DNA of 59,587 nt, the filler included, from Stramenopiles sp. TOSAG23-6 (taxonomy: Eukaryota), in NCBI GenBank assembly GCA_900128565.1. It is 2 parts of 2 records of this genome, joined end to end, with 100 filler letters (N's around TTAATTAATTAA, not from the genome) between each part and the next. Parts side by side here need not be neighbours in the genome. Positions count along the whole stretch, not along the records: positions 1 to 29,767 come from LT635968.1; 1 more part is not named here. One strand, written 5' to 3'. Made by a program: the position numbers and the translations under genes. A model generated the notes under the pieces. That model was not told the origin of the DNA, did no database searches, and saw nothing but the letters and a program-made list of their open reading frames with translations. Shown here piece by piece: positions 14,201 through 26,547 of the stretch. How positions within the stretch are numbered: position 1 is the first letter of the stretch; every line of letters starts with the position of its first letter.

Positions 14201-17200
14201 TTACACAATACTTATTAGAAAAAGATGCGTGGTATATGAGCCCAGAAGAAAATTCATTCGTCTCTAAATCAATGTTAGTAGAAGATGGAAAATTGCGAAA
14301 AGCAGGAATTCCTTTAAACATGTCTTTAGTATGGTGTTATTCCCCAGTTTGCTCCGATGTTTTCTACACACAAAATCATGAAGTTGTATTCTATTCAGAA
14401 TCAGTCGCTGTGGTATACAACAAGAAAAGACACCAACAGAAGTTTTTCGAGAAACATATGGCTGATATTTCGTGCATTGCTCGATCTAACAAAGGTGATG
14501 TTGTGGCCACAGGCGACGTGTATCATACCCCAATGATTCGTGTATGGAATAGCATGACAATGCAAGAGTCATGCGCATTAAAGTTAGATACAAAAGAAGG
14601 CGTAGATTGCATCGCCTTCAGTAAGGACGATTTGTCGTTGGCTGTAATCGGAAAAGATGCGGAGCATACATTAAGTATCTTCCGATGTAATGGCCCACAC
14701 TGGGGATTTGGAGGAAATCTTTTAGCATCACACGGAATTGGTCCCGCACCATGTATATCTGTTAGCTTTACTCCATGGTATGATTTGCCAATTATGACTG
14801 TTTCGTTAGACACCGTTAAGTTCTGGCAATTACGAGGGCGGAATCTGCGTTGGATATTTTCTATAGATGAAGATGAGGAAAACTTGAAAAAGCAACAAGA
14901 AGTAGATATTGAAATTGGTGATGGTCTTCCTACAAATATTCGATGGTTAGGAATGAATGACAATAATGACCTAGAAGTTGTCGATGGTGTACAAAAAATG
15001 TACAGATCTGACGGAAATGAACGTGCTGTAACACCTATCACCATCCTACGCACAGCAACTGAAGATAATAACACCAAAACTCAGGACGGCGAAACTGATG
15101 ATACAAGTCCAGAATACATTGCAGCGCAAATGAGAGACACATGCACACTGTTATTTGGTAAAGTTAATTCAGAAACAAAAAACGATGAAAGTAAAAACAA
15201 AGCACACAGGATTAACTCTGAAAAGAAAAAAAACGAATACGACTTTATACCTCTTCAAGGAGCTCAGTTGTTACCTATGACGAATAATGATTCTAAGTCA
15301 AGTGAAGATGACAATAAAAAGGGCGCGAAGAAGTCACGTCGTAAATCTTTATCAGGCGCCATAGTCCACGGGATTGATAGTGAAATATTAAACCCATTTG
15401 CATCTATTCAAGGGAAACATCGGAGTTCGATTGAAAAATTAGCAAAATCGAAAAAACAAAATTGGATAGCACCACCTGGATTAGGTGTCTGCTTGATTAG
15501 TAATCTTCGTTACATGGAAAATGAGATTGATGGGCTAATTTCTCTGAAAGGTCTTTCTAGTAATGTAGCTGGTGGAGTTGGCTCATTTGAGATAGGTTTT
15601 GGTGAAAGCTTATCAAGCGATAAAGAATATAAATTACAAAACGATAAAGATTCTTCAGCATCTTCTAGTTCAGATGAAATGGAATATGTAAATGAAGAAA
15701 ATAAGGATTTGGTTCTTCAACAAAGGAATGTTTTAGATACTTTGCGAAATAAAAACAAACCAGTTAGGCTTATTCAGCGAACAGACAAGCCGGGCAAGAG
15801 AAAACTAAAAATACATACTGGGCTAAGCATTGATACAGATTTAAACGAAGGATTAATTAGCCCGCCAGGGACTTTGAGTCCGTCAAGACCATCTACAAAT
15901 TCAAGCTTGGTAAGCCTACGACAGATGAGTTCTGTGTTGGAGAGTGACCGCTTTTCAAGAGACGGAAAAAAAAATAGTAGGTTCAGTTTTCAGCCAGATT
16001 CTCGAAGAAGCAGCGCTAAATCAGGAAAACGAAACAGTGGTGTACAAATGAGTTCCCCACAGTCATCTGAAGGAAGTCGGCGCCAGTCCGTTCAGTCGTC
16101 AAATAAGAGGAACAATCGTCGAATGAGTAAAGATCTCACTAATATAGGAGGAAACACATTGAAGCAAAACCTAAAGAATATAACAACTACAGCTGGGCAA
16201 ATAAATGAAAATACTTCATCAAACAGGCGGATGAGTAAGACTGGCAAGATGAGAAGATTGAGTAAAATCTCAGGTGGGCGTAGATTAAGTCAGTCAATAA
16301 AAATGAAAAATGTAAAAAGAAATACCAGAAGGTTGAGTAAAGAGTTGACTACTATGGCGAATGAAAGGCGAATGAGCAAAAAGGAAAGTACACGATATAT
16401 TCGACGCTTGAGTGAATCAGAATCAAAGCGAGTAAATTCGTTGGATAAAAATGGAATGCGAAGATTAAGCCGAGTTTGTGACTTGGGCTCTTATCAAGGA
16501 AGAAGTTCCCGTCAAAGTCACAGGCTTAGCTTTGTTAGAAAAGACTCGCGTGCGAGTAAGGCTCTGAAACGCATGAGTAGCATAAGTAACTCTTACGGCG
16601 ATGACAATGTTGTCGAGCAAGCATCCCATACTGCGGATATTCTAGACGAAGATGACACTGCAGTAGCCGCCCAGATACTGTGTATTACTCAATTTGGTGA
16701 ATTCATGATAGGTGGTGACGTAGATGGGTTTCTTGTTATATTTGAGTACGAGATCATAACAGAAAGAGTCAATGCGCATAATGATGAAATACTTTGTTTG
16801 CATTCAACTTCCATGGGCCTCGCAAGTGGCAGTACCGATGGTATAGTCAAACTTTGGAACCATCGCCTGATAATGACCCATCAGTATAATATGTATCAAA
16901 TGCCTAGTTCATGTATACGAAGTATCTTTTGGAACACCGAAGCGGATTCAATTCTGGCAGCGATGGAGGACGGTAAAGTTGTTGAGGTTACCATTCATAG
17001 TGGAACAGTTACAGAAATCATGGATGCTCACCATGATGATGTCATTATTGATTTAGCGACACACCCAGTAAACCCCCTGCTTGTGAGTATCGGTGCTGAT
17101 AGACGGATGAACATTATACATACCCAAAACCAAGGAATCATAAGAAAAACACAATTTGATACAGACCCAACTGCAGTGTGTTGGTTCCCCAAAAGCAATT

Positions 17201-18012
17201 TTATTGCCGTTGGCTTCAAAGAGGAATTTAGTTCTCAAAAAGCAACGAACCCATGTTGGGCAATATGTAGTGGAGTAAATCTTTCCATTTGTTTTGTCGG
17301 GGTGCAGACAAAAGAGACTATAACGTCACTATGTATATCACCCGATGAAAAAACTCTCGTTGCAATGACCAAAAAAAATAAGATTGTTTTATATTCAACA
17401 AGTCCTCAGAATAATTCATTGGTATCGAACATAACATGTAATTTGATCAGATGTATCGATGTTACGACAGTCTTACCTATCCATCATATGGGATTCCGAC
17501 CGGACGGAAGAATTCTACAATTTTTTCGTGCCCACGAATCAGGGAAGGCTCGAATACAAAGTGTTATTGACCTAGATGAAACGGATGAAGCGTTAAAAGA
17601 GTTTGATGCTGATAGCGGTGCTGCTTCAGAAGATTGGAGAGGAGTCTGGATTAGTATCGAAGCAGCAAATGACGCATTGCTGGTATTTACACGACCATCG
17701 CATCAAAATCCATCTTATACAAAACTTGTTGACGCAAGCCATGGGACTGATAAAGAATTGAACTTTAGAGGATTCAACATTGATCGTTATAAATGTAAAG
17801 CAAAGCTTGGATTTCCCCATGCTTCCGTCGCAAAGTATGATAGCTCAGGCAATGTTCTTTTCATTACAAATATGAATCGCCCGTCTTTGATGCAATATAG
17901 ACTGAAGGTTGTAGATTTAAGAACACAAAATAAAAAATCTGCTGGCCCAAAACGAGTTGAAATGCGAACTAGTATTGTGTATGGAGCTGAACGAGATGGT
18001 GTCAAATGGTAA
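5242..18012 (+). CDS. ~4220-aa EML5/6-like HELP-WD40 protein with N-terminal EF-hand region; exons 5242-6931 and 7040-18012
   Basis: MGQ start, DTDGDDTIDLLEF EF-hand, three HELP-like motifs (LKLSWIYGYDG, LELSWVYGFD, MSLVWCYSP) followed by WD40 repeats; intron removal joins KPTA|SDIEK in frame. Confidence 0.85.
6932..7039 (+). other. Non-canonical intron GT-AT (108 nt)
   Basis: GCAT|GTATGT...TGTACCTAAC...AAAATACAT|CT; the next three downstream AGs would each create a stop codon. Confidence 0.88.
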
Positions 18013-18091
18013 ATATTTATATCCATTAGTTCGAGTTAAGAATGCACTCTTACACGTTTTCAAATAAAGGAATATCAATTTATTTATTTAT

Positions 18092-19788
18092 TTATGATGA
18101 GAAAGAATCAATACTTGAAGAATTAATTCCTGCTTTTTTTTTCATTTTATCTTTACCCATCAATATATCAATTGAAGCACGTTCATGTGAAGGAACACCA
18201 TTGAATGAACTTTTATTAGAATAAGCCTTATCATCCGATTCAGATGTATTTGAATCTGAATGATAGTTGTCAACATCAGAAACGAAAGGGGATATAGCGG
18301 GAGATGTGGATACTGTAGAAGGTTCTATATTGGATTGTAACACTAATGCTCGAGGAACAATTGAAGCATCGGATTGAGTTCGTCTTAAGACTTTTTTTTT
18401 TTTTTTTGAGATTACTTCGATACTGTTTCGTCTTCGATTTTTTTTTGGTTGTTTCGATTTATTGCGAATATTTTTATAGAATGGGAATAAAGGTTTCTCT
18501 CCTTTCCTCGCATTATCCTTACATACTTTGGCAGCGTATTTGAGGATACGATGAAGTACTGTATAATCAATACCACTATTTCTAATACAGTGACTATATA
18601 TCTGTGGATTTGAATTAAGTTCAATAATATAGCCACCCCCTGATTTATACGATTTACTTAAATCTCCTAAGAAATCAATTCCAATCATCTTTTGGTCTGG
18701 AAACATTGCTGCTACAGTTTCACACATTTTAAAATTGTGTTTGTGCATAGCAGCAATAGGAAATCGAAATGCTTCAGCACCAAGTGACACATTTGCTTTA
18801 TCCTGTACTACTCGCCACTCATGTCTTTTGGAAAAATATTTCACAAAAAAAACTCGTTAGGTACAAAATTTCGTACAAAAAAAATCGAAGTTGAAAAAAA
18901 ATCAAACATACATCATTCTCGGGAACATCGTCAAATGGACCTAATGTTTTACTCACTTTTATTATTGATATCCGACTTCGTTTTCTAATTCGATTATGTT
19001 TAGCTACAAGTTCAGCAGTTGTGGATGAACCATCCCCTAAAACACGAGCTGGAACCCTAACAGCTATATCGCATATTACCCCTCCAAGCAGAAGAATCCT
19101 ATAGTCATGACCTGACACCTGTTTTTGAATTATACATGGTGATGAATTACTTTTCCATTCTTGTGACAAAGCAACCTTAATTTCTTGAAGCGAGCTTAAC
19201 CCCATAACAACTCCTTTCCCCTGAGAACCTTTAATTGGTTTTACCACATAGGGTGGAAAAGTTTTTTTTGGAAGTCGTGGTTCTACACCCAGGTCACGAT
19301 GAACAATAACAGTTGGACAAACAGGCATGTATTGTGAAAAAATATTACAAGAGTTTTGTTATTAGGTACAAAATTTTTCAAAAAAAAAAATAGGTAAAAA
19401 AAATAATGAAAACGTACATAGATTTGGCCGATAAGAATCGATGCGTTTCAAATTTATCTTTCATTACCTTTGCAGAACGTGTGCAACTCAAACACTGAAA
19501 CTTATGTTTCTTAATGATGAATCCAGGATCACCTCTTGGAGGTCTAATATACACTTGACTATTTCTTTTTGACATAACTTCGACATTCCAACCAGATAGG
19601 TGTTTAGCAGCATCAGCATACAGATTTGTGTACTGTGAACGACACCTTCGAGGAACACTGCGAAATTTTTTTTCAACCCTAGCCCAATTGATTCTGACAA
19701 AAAGTGAGTTATGTGGGTCCTCGCAATCCCCAAATTCGTTTATACTATTTTCAGTGGAAATATTTGGAGAACTCAAACACATTCCCAT
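18092..19788 (-). CDS. ATP-grasp ligase, cyanophycin synthetase (CphA)/GshF-like domain; 3 exons
   Basis: KDKFET, PYVVKPIKGSQGKGV, GHDYRILL, RVPARVLGDG, ANVSLG, GIDFL..DLS, IIELNSNP; three ORFs fused in frame by removing two family introns. Confidence 0.8.
18821..18911 (-). other. Non-canonical intron GT-AT (91 nt)
   Basis: GAT|GTATGT...AAAAGACAT|GAG joins PEND|EWRV. Confidence 0.88.
19327..19417 (-). other. Non-canonical intron GT-AT (91 nt)
   Basis: TAT|GTACGT...CACAATACAT|G joins AKSM|PVCP. Confidence 0.88.
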
Positions 19789-20113
19789 CTTGTGTTACAT
19801 GCACCAACTTCAGCACAATAGCAACATGGCCTTATCGGCCATAGTGGCAAAATATTTTTGACGCACTTATGCCACTGAGCTGAAACTAATAACTTCTGAC
19901 GCGTTATTATCTGAATGGATAAGCAAATCACACACACAGCTATATGTGCAGAAATATTAAATCAATTAAGTTTACAGAAAATATCACTAATATGGATGGC
20001 ACTGAATTAACGGAAAATTTAACGTAAAGAATATCGATATCTGTACCGGGAAACCGGGTACCTAGTAATCAAACTTTTATCTTTATTATGAGCAAATGGA
20101 TAATTATATTTTT

Positions 20114-22028
20114 CTACTCATCACTGTCATCGACAATAATATTAACTCTGTCCCACGAATTATTAAGGATTCCACGTAAATTCCAGATTGACGCAGGATT
20201 CTCAGGTTGTGTATTGAAAGATTCATCAATTGCTCTAACACAAAGTTCAACATTTCTACCTTTTTTGTCATTCACTACAGAAATTTCAGTGGGAAGACCA
20301 ATACTTTTATCACCATCTTCAGAAAGCACAACATCAGCCTCCCATAGAGTCCATGTACTGTGAAAAAAATATTTCAAAAATTTGAAATTCATTAATAAGG
20401 TAATTTGATGCAAAAAAAATATTTCAAAAATTTGATACAAAAAAAAATAAATTTGAAATTCGTGATGTAGACGTACATGCCCAGGCTTTGCCTAAAGGTT
20501 GTTGTGATCCTTCTTTTAATGTAGCAGTGTGCCAATTTTCACCACCATCAGCCGAGACATCAACCCGAACAATTTTTCTACCACCACCAGCCCAAGCATA
20601 GCCAGCAACTGAAATAGCTTCACCTTTTTCTGCTTCAATCACTTCACCTTCTTGAGGATAAGTGATTGCAGACTGTACAGGTAACTCTTGTACTGAATGT
20701 CCTTCATTCACATCAACACCAGAAAAATCTCGAATATTAGGACTATATCCTCTATATGCCTTACCTCTCTGCCATGTGCTATATGCCTCTTCATGACTTA
20801 AAGTGATCTTGTCCACCCATTTGACAGAACGAGCACCCAAATGACCTGGTACTAAAACTCGTACAGGATATCCATGTTCTGGTGGTAATTCTTCACCATT
20901 CATTTCAAAGGCAAGCAAAACATCTCCTTGGTGACTGCATGCCTTATGCACGGATACCGATGCGTCATATGGTTTATCTGTAGCAGTAAATTGAACATAT
21001 TTTGCACCCTTTTCCATTGCATCATTTTCAGAATCCACACCAGCAAGACGAAGAACATCACGTAACCAAACGCCACCAAATTCTGCAGTAGACATTGCAC
21101 CTCTGCCCCAAGGTAAACCTTGTGTAGGTCGAATCTCATTTAATCCAGAACGTCTGTTGCCTGCGCACTGTAAAGTCATCACAATTTTTTGTTTGTCAAA
21201 AAGATTTTTCAGATCGTCAATAGTCAAATCCAATTCAACTGAAAGAGATTTACCTCTTATCTTTAATCGATAATCTTTCGGATCAACTTTTGGAACAGGA
21301 AAATGATGACGACAATAAAACAATCCCTTTGGTGTAATATATTTTTCACCTATGAGCGAGGCAGGAGGTTCAGCATTAAAGGCACGCTCAGTATGCACGT
21401 TGAGTGCTGCGCTACGATGACCAGTACCAAATTTAGGTTCATCTATATAAGGATCATCCAATGCCATTGGCTTTGCCTCATTAGGTGCGACATTTCCGAT
21501 GCGCATTTGTCTCAGTGTGTCAGCTATTAGTGCAGCAGGTCCGCTAGCTAAGTGCTGTTGATAAATATCCCAATATGGACCAACATCGGCACCAGCGGCC
21601 ATTGCAATACGGTTCCCACCAGGATGTACGGATATGAAATCAGTAATATCATAAACACCATCTTTATAGGTAACCCATACACCGTTCTCGCTAGTCTTGT
21701 GTTCTGCAATCTCTGCTCTAGTGTATGTGGGAAGACCACTCTTACGCTGCCCAATACTATCTAAAGGATTCGTTTGAGATGATTCAGCAGCCGCTACTAA
21801 TGAAATAGATGACATCGATGATTCACCACCACATATAAATTTGTCGAAACCATTCAAAGCAAGAAACGAGCCTGCTGCAAACACAGAAGCAGCAACTCCA
21901 AGTTTTGAATAATTTGTTCCAGAAGAAGATCTAGAGCTAGAGCCAACAAAACGAACGCATGAACGATACTTACATATACTCGCTCGTAAAGGCTTCGCAA
22001 ATATACTTGAAACACCACGAGAAATCAT
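20114..22028 (-). CDS. SUOX: Mitochondrial sulfite oxidase (cytochrome b5 + Moco + dimerisation domains); 2 exons
   Basis: Transit-peptide-like N-terminus, VYDITDF..HPGG, FYCRHHFPVP, LQCAGNRR, HGYPVRV, KAWA|WTLW, WNLRGILNNSW. Confidence 0.95.
20353..20476 (-). other. Non-canonical intron GT-AT (124 nt) with internal duplication and degenerate branch motif
   Basis: Restores AWAWTLW; the CAG 5 nt upstream of the AT end would frameshift. Confidence 0.88.
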
Positions 22029-22292
22029 CCTGCTTCTATCAAGCCTTTCTATTAATAAATCGTTTGGTGGTTGTCGAGTTGTTTGCTACTAATATTCATC
22101 CGGTAATATCAGATAATCTTCGAAGAATCCATTCAAGGTTATTGATCAACAATGTCATTTTTTTGCAGGTCAAAACAAAAGCCTGATACCCGGTACCAAT
22201 AGTAGAATTCGAGTGATTCGAGTCAAAGTTTGTGTTCACAACAGCCAACACGTTCTCCATATACCTAGTAAATATAGTCGGAATACATATAA

Positions 22293-23235
22293 ATGTCAGA
22301 ATTTAGTTCAATTGAACAGGCATTAGCTGCTCTTCGCCGCGGCGAATGTATTATTGTTTTAGACGACGATAATCGAGAAAATGAGGGTGATTTGATTATC
22401 CCTGCAGATAATATCACGCCGGAAGTGATTAGTTTTATGTGTCGAACGTGTACTGGAATAATTTGTTGTGCCACAACAGAACAGCGAGTTTCAGAACTAA
22501 ACTTGCCTCTGATGGTTCCAAAGAATACAGAGAAACATGGATGTTCTTTCACAGTATCTGTAGATTATAGACATGGAACTACAACTGGAGTTTCGTCTCA
22601 TGACCGTGCGTTGACGATAAAACAACTTGCACCTGGCTCAGGAAGTGTGAGCAGTGATTTTAATAGACCGGGTCATGTATTTCCACTTCAAGCCCGTGAA
22701 GGCGGTGTATTGCAACGTGCCGGTCACACAGAAGCGTCCGTAGATTTGGCAAAATTATCAGGATACTCTCCTGCAGGCTGCATTTGTGAAATAATGAATC
22801 CAGATGGAACCATGGCTAGACTTCCGGAGTTAAGATTATTTTCGAAAAAACACAGTCTTCATATGATTACCATAGCAGATCTTATGACATATCGACTCAC
22901 TCACGAAAGTTTTTTGAGTTCCAATTTATTGAAAAATAATTCTGTTGTAAAAACACCATTTGGTTTGTTTAATAAAAGTGTTTTCCGATTCACAGTTGAT
23001 GGATCGGAACATCAAGTTCTAACAACAACTAGAAATACTGAACAACTATTCTCAAGAGGGTTAGGGTTATCTGAAAAAATTGGTGTGGTATTTGTTCACG
23101 TGGAAAGTATTGATGACAACTGTTTGTTTGGCACAAGCAATGACAAAGAAAATGACCCTACCTCTCGTTCTAGTCTCTTGCGTGGTATATCTGACGTTGC
23201 TAAATATTCTTCTAAAAGTGTTGGCGTTGTTATTC
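22293..23235 (+). CDS. ribB: 3,4-dihydroxy-2-butanone-4-phosphate synthase plus start of a degenerate GTP cyclohydrolase II-like domain; 3' part missing
   Basis: DDDNRENEGD, FTVSVD, TTGVSSHDRA, RPGHVFPL, GVLQRAGHTEA, ICEIMNPDGTMAR. Confidence 0.92.
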
Positions 23236-23338
23236 ATACGTTTTCATCATTCATTTCAATTATTTTTTTTTGTTTTTTGTAATGAAATTTTGTACCTAAC
23301 GATTTAATTTTTTTTTTTGCGTCATTTTCACAATATAT
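23236..23338 (+). other. Non-canonical intron AT-AT (103 nt), apparently chimeric ribB/PAN2
   Basis: ATACGTTTT...TGTACCTAAC...CACAATATAT; flanking exons belong to different genes and phases do not match. Confidence 0.65.
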
Positions 23339-26300
23339 GCGTGTTGGTTCTGCTGTTGCAACTTTACAAAATCATTCTGGAAGAGTCAATATGGTAGCTA
23401 GTGAATTCAATACTCTTGTGACATGTGGTTCTTCATTACTTGCCGAACGAACGTCACAACAAATTTGGATAAATGAAAATGTATGTTTTATATGAATTTC
23501 TAATTTAAATTTTTTTTTCATACGAAATTTTGTACCTAACAAATTTAAGTTTTTTTTTTTGAAATATTTTTTCACAATATATGGAAAGGAAGAAGTTAAA
23601 AAAAGACGTTTAGGACCGGACCCAATGATGAATGTGTATGATGTGCGAAGAATTCCACCGACTCTTCAAAAACCAGTAAATTTTAATACCATGGGCATGC
23701 CCTCTAATTTACGTGTGAAACCGTGTGTGCTGGAATTTCTTCCAGGGCATAGACTTCAATTAGTGGCTGCTTCAATATCTGGCATTGTACGTACTTTTGA
23801 TTTAAGTGGTCATTCATTTTCTCCTGGGGCCGATTCACAACTTGCAATGGCTCCAGGCGCACATGTTTCTAGTATTAGTGTATCAAGTTCTGGTAATGTT
23901 ATTGCTTTGGGAGATACTGCTGGTGTTGTGCATTTATGTACAACTACTCCAGAAGATTCTCAAAAACGACGAACAGATGGTAGTGTTTGTATACCAAGCT
24001 TAAATCCTACTGTATGGAGAGTTGATGATCCTCCTCCAATGTGTAGAAAACCGTTGTTATCTATTGATCCATCCGATTGTGCACCAGCTGGGAAATATGC
24101 AATGTTACCTCAATTAGGAGAGAGGATGCGTATCAAAGAAAATCCTCCTCTATTACTCTCTACGCCTTTACGATGGATGGAAAATCAAAGCATGTATGTT
24201 TCCAAAATTGAATGTTTGTACCTACATTTTTTTTTTTACGATTTCAAAAACAAATTGTACCAAACAAATTTCTTTTTTACTAAAAAAAATTTTTTTTTTT
24301 TTTCAAAAACAAATTGTACCTAACAAATTGTTTTTTTACTAAAAAAAAATATTATTTCACGATACATTCAACAGCAACCTGCTCGAGTTATTTCAAAGGC
24401 CGTATTATCTGCTGTCCTTAAAAGTCAACCTGGCGACTATATTAGTTTTGTTTCAAATCAAACATTTGGTTTCAAAAAGGGAACTTTGTTGTTTGGAAAT
24501 ACAGATGTAATCACAGTATCTGACCCCCGTGGTGTAACAAGTACGGAAGATGATGGTGATACTGATGACGTCGATGCAGATTTGCCTCGTGTTGAGTTGC
24601 CTGAAAATTATAAACCTGTTGTTATCGATATGAGAGCTTTGAGGTTTGGATTAGATACTTTTGATTTCGGTTCGTTTAATGGAACGAAATTTGCTGGACT
24701 TGAAAATGGTTTCTCGAATGATTATGTTTGTTCCGAGTTACAAATGTTATATCATATATCACCTATTCGGTCTTTGTTATTAAATCATCTTTGCGCTGAT
24801 CCTACCTGTATTTCATGTGAAACGGCGTTTTTATTTGATATGTTACTTCAGGCTCAAGGTGTATGTTTTATATGAATTTCTAATTTTATTTTTTTTTCAT
24901 ACGAAATTTCGTACCTAACGATTTTTTTTTGAAATATTTGAAATATTTTTTCACAATACGTGGCCCTCCAAAATCGAAAAGTTGCCAACCGACGAATTTT
25001 CTCCGCGCATTACGATTGGTCCCAGAAGCCGCAGCTCTTGGTCTATTGGAAACAAAGGGTAGTCCTTCACGTTTACCTCTTGGAATGCGAATTGAGGCTT
25101 TACATGAATTCTTACTCGAAAAATTTGTGAAGGAATGTGGTGATAACTCAAGAGTTCAAGATTTAATGGGAATCAAATTAAGATCTTTTTGTCAATGTTC
25201 TGAAGGTCACGGTAGTTCCCGTGATACTATTGCGTTAAACACACGACTTCAATATCCAAAATTACCATTGAAGTCAAATATCCCAAGTTTTAAGGATATT
25301 TTGAAACGTTCTTTGGTGAGAAAATTAAAGCAACCTAGAGCATGGTGTAATATATGTAAAAAGTATTCTGCAACGAAGCAAAATATTTGGCCATATTCTT
25401 TACCTGTATTTCTTAGTTTTACTGCGAATGTTAATGTTGGTGAAAAAGCTCGTAGGTTCTCTACCGATACCAAAGATGTTTTACCTGCTGAAAAGTTTTG
25501 GAGCGAGGGAGGTAAAGAATGGTTACCTTCATATATAGCTGTATCTGTCGATGCAGAGGATTCATTTTCTGCCAAAACAAAATGCGATGCTGTTAATTCT
25601 CATGCATCTGAAAACGTACTCATTGCTGAAGGATCATCCTTACAAGAAATCGTTGCATCGCTTGACGAGTTGGATGGACGTGGTAAACCTCCTTTTGTTT
25701 TCGCAAAGCCTAAAGCCGTGTATTTTTTACATACTGAATGTTCAAATGTTTTTTTTGTGTGTTGCATCCAACTGATTCAAATTTTGTAACATTTCTAACA
25801 ATTTTTTATAAACCAAAAAAAAATATTTTTTCACAATACATCGATCTGCTACGTACTCCTGTCAAGGGTAATATCTCTACTGGTAATTTTCCTAAAACGC
25901 CTATTAGTACAAATGACCAGAATAATTCGTGTCAGAGCAGCTGTAATAAAAATGACCAGAATAATTCGTGTCAGAGCAGCTGTAATAATTCTCGTCGTAT
26001 TTATCAGTTACAATCTGTGATATCTCATGTGAATCCTTGTCCTGGGTCTACAAGCACAAGTAGTGGGCATCTGATACTGCATACTCTTTCTAATGATAGA
26101 TGGTTGTTATTTAATGATTTTAAAATTATTGAAGAACCTTTATCAAAAGTTATTGACTTCACTTCACCATGGCGCACAGCATCTGTGGTTGTATACAAAG
26201 CAGTATCAGATGTTGATTCCGAAATGGCTACTGTATGGAAGCAGAGTAAACAAAATATGGTTGCCGCATCTATTTCACCTATCAAGCCACAATTATTTGG

Positions 26301-26438
26301 CGATAAAGATGGTCCTCTTATGGGTGAATATTCACCGACAACGTATCATAAGTCATTACGTCGTAAAGATAGTGGAGCAATGAATACTCCAATTGGAAAA
26401 TTAGCCTTAAGTTTCTTATCTAATCCTGAAATGGACAT
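23339..26438 (+). CDS. PAN2: PAN2 deadenylase, internal portion (end of WD40 and pseudo-USP domain); 5 exons; N-terminus and nuclease domain absent
   Basis: HSG...TLVTCG, DPMMNVYDVR, FGLDTFDFGSFNGTKFAGLEN, HLC...CISCE..FLFDML, SCQPTNFLRAL...EAAALGL, WLLFNDF. Confidence 0.9.
23481..23582 (+). other. Non-canonical intron GT-AT (102 nt)
   Basis: AAT|GTATGT...CACAATATAT|GGA, in frame. Confidence 0.85.
24194..24367 (+). other. Non-canonical intron GT-AT (174 nt) with internal tandem duplication
   Basis: GCAT|GTATGT...CACGATACAT|T, in frame (QSI|QQQP). Confidence 0.85.
24861..24961 (+). other. Non-canonical intron GT-GT (101 nt)
   Basis: GGT|GTATGT...CACAATACGT|GGC joins QAQG|GPPKSKSCQ. Confidence 0.82.
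25720..25841 (+). other. Non-canonical intron GT-AT (122 nt), diverged copy
   Basis: GT|GTATTT...TTCTAAC...CACAATACAT|C, in frame. Confidence 0.75.
25911..25988 (+). repeat. 39-bp in-frame tandem duplication in PAN2
   Basis: NDQNNSCQSSCN encoded twice. Confidence 0.9.
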
Positions 26439-26547
26439 GTATGTTTTATTTTTTTTTTTAAACAAAAAAATCGATTTTTTTTTCATACGAAATTTCGTAC
26501 CTAACGATTTTTTTAGATTTTTTTTTAAATATTTTTCCAAAATTTAT
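26439..26547 (+). other. Non-canonical intron GT-AT (109 nt) joining a PAN2 exon to an ILVBL exon
   Basis: CAT|GTATGT...CCAAAATTTAT|TCTTGCA; in frame but the exons come from different gene families. Confidence 0.7.
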
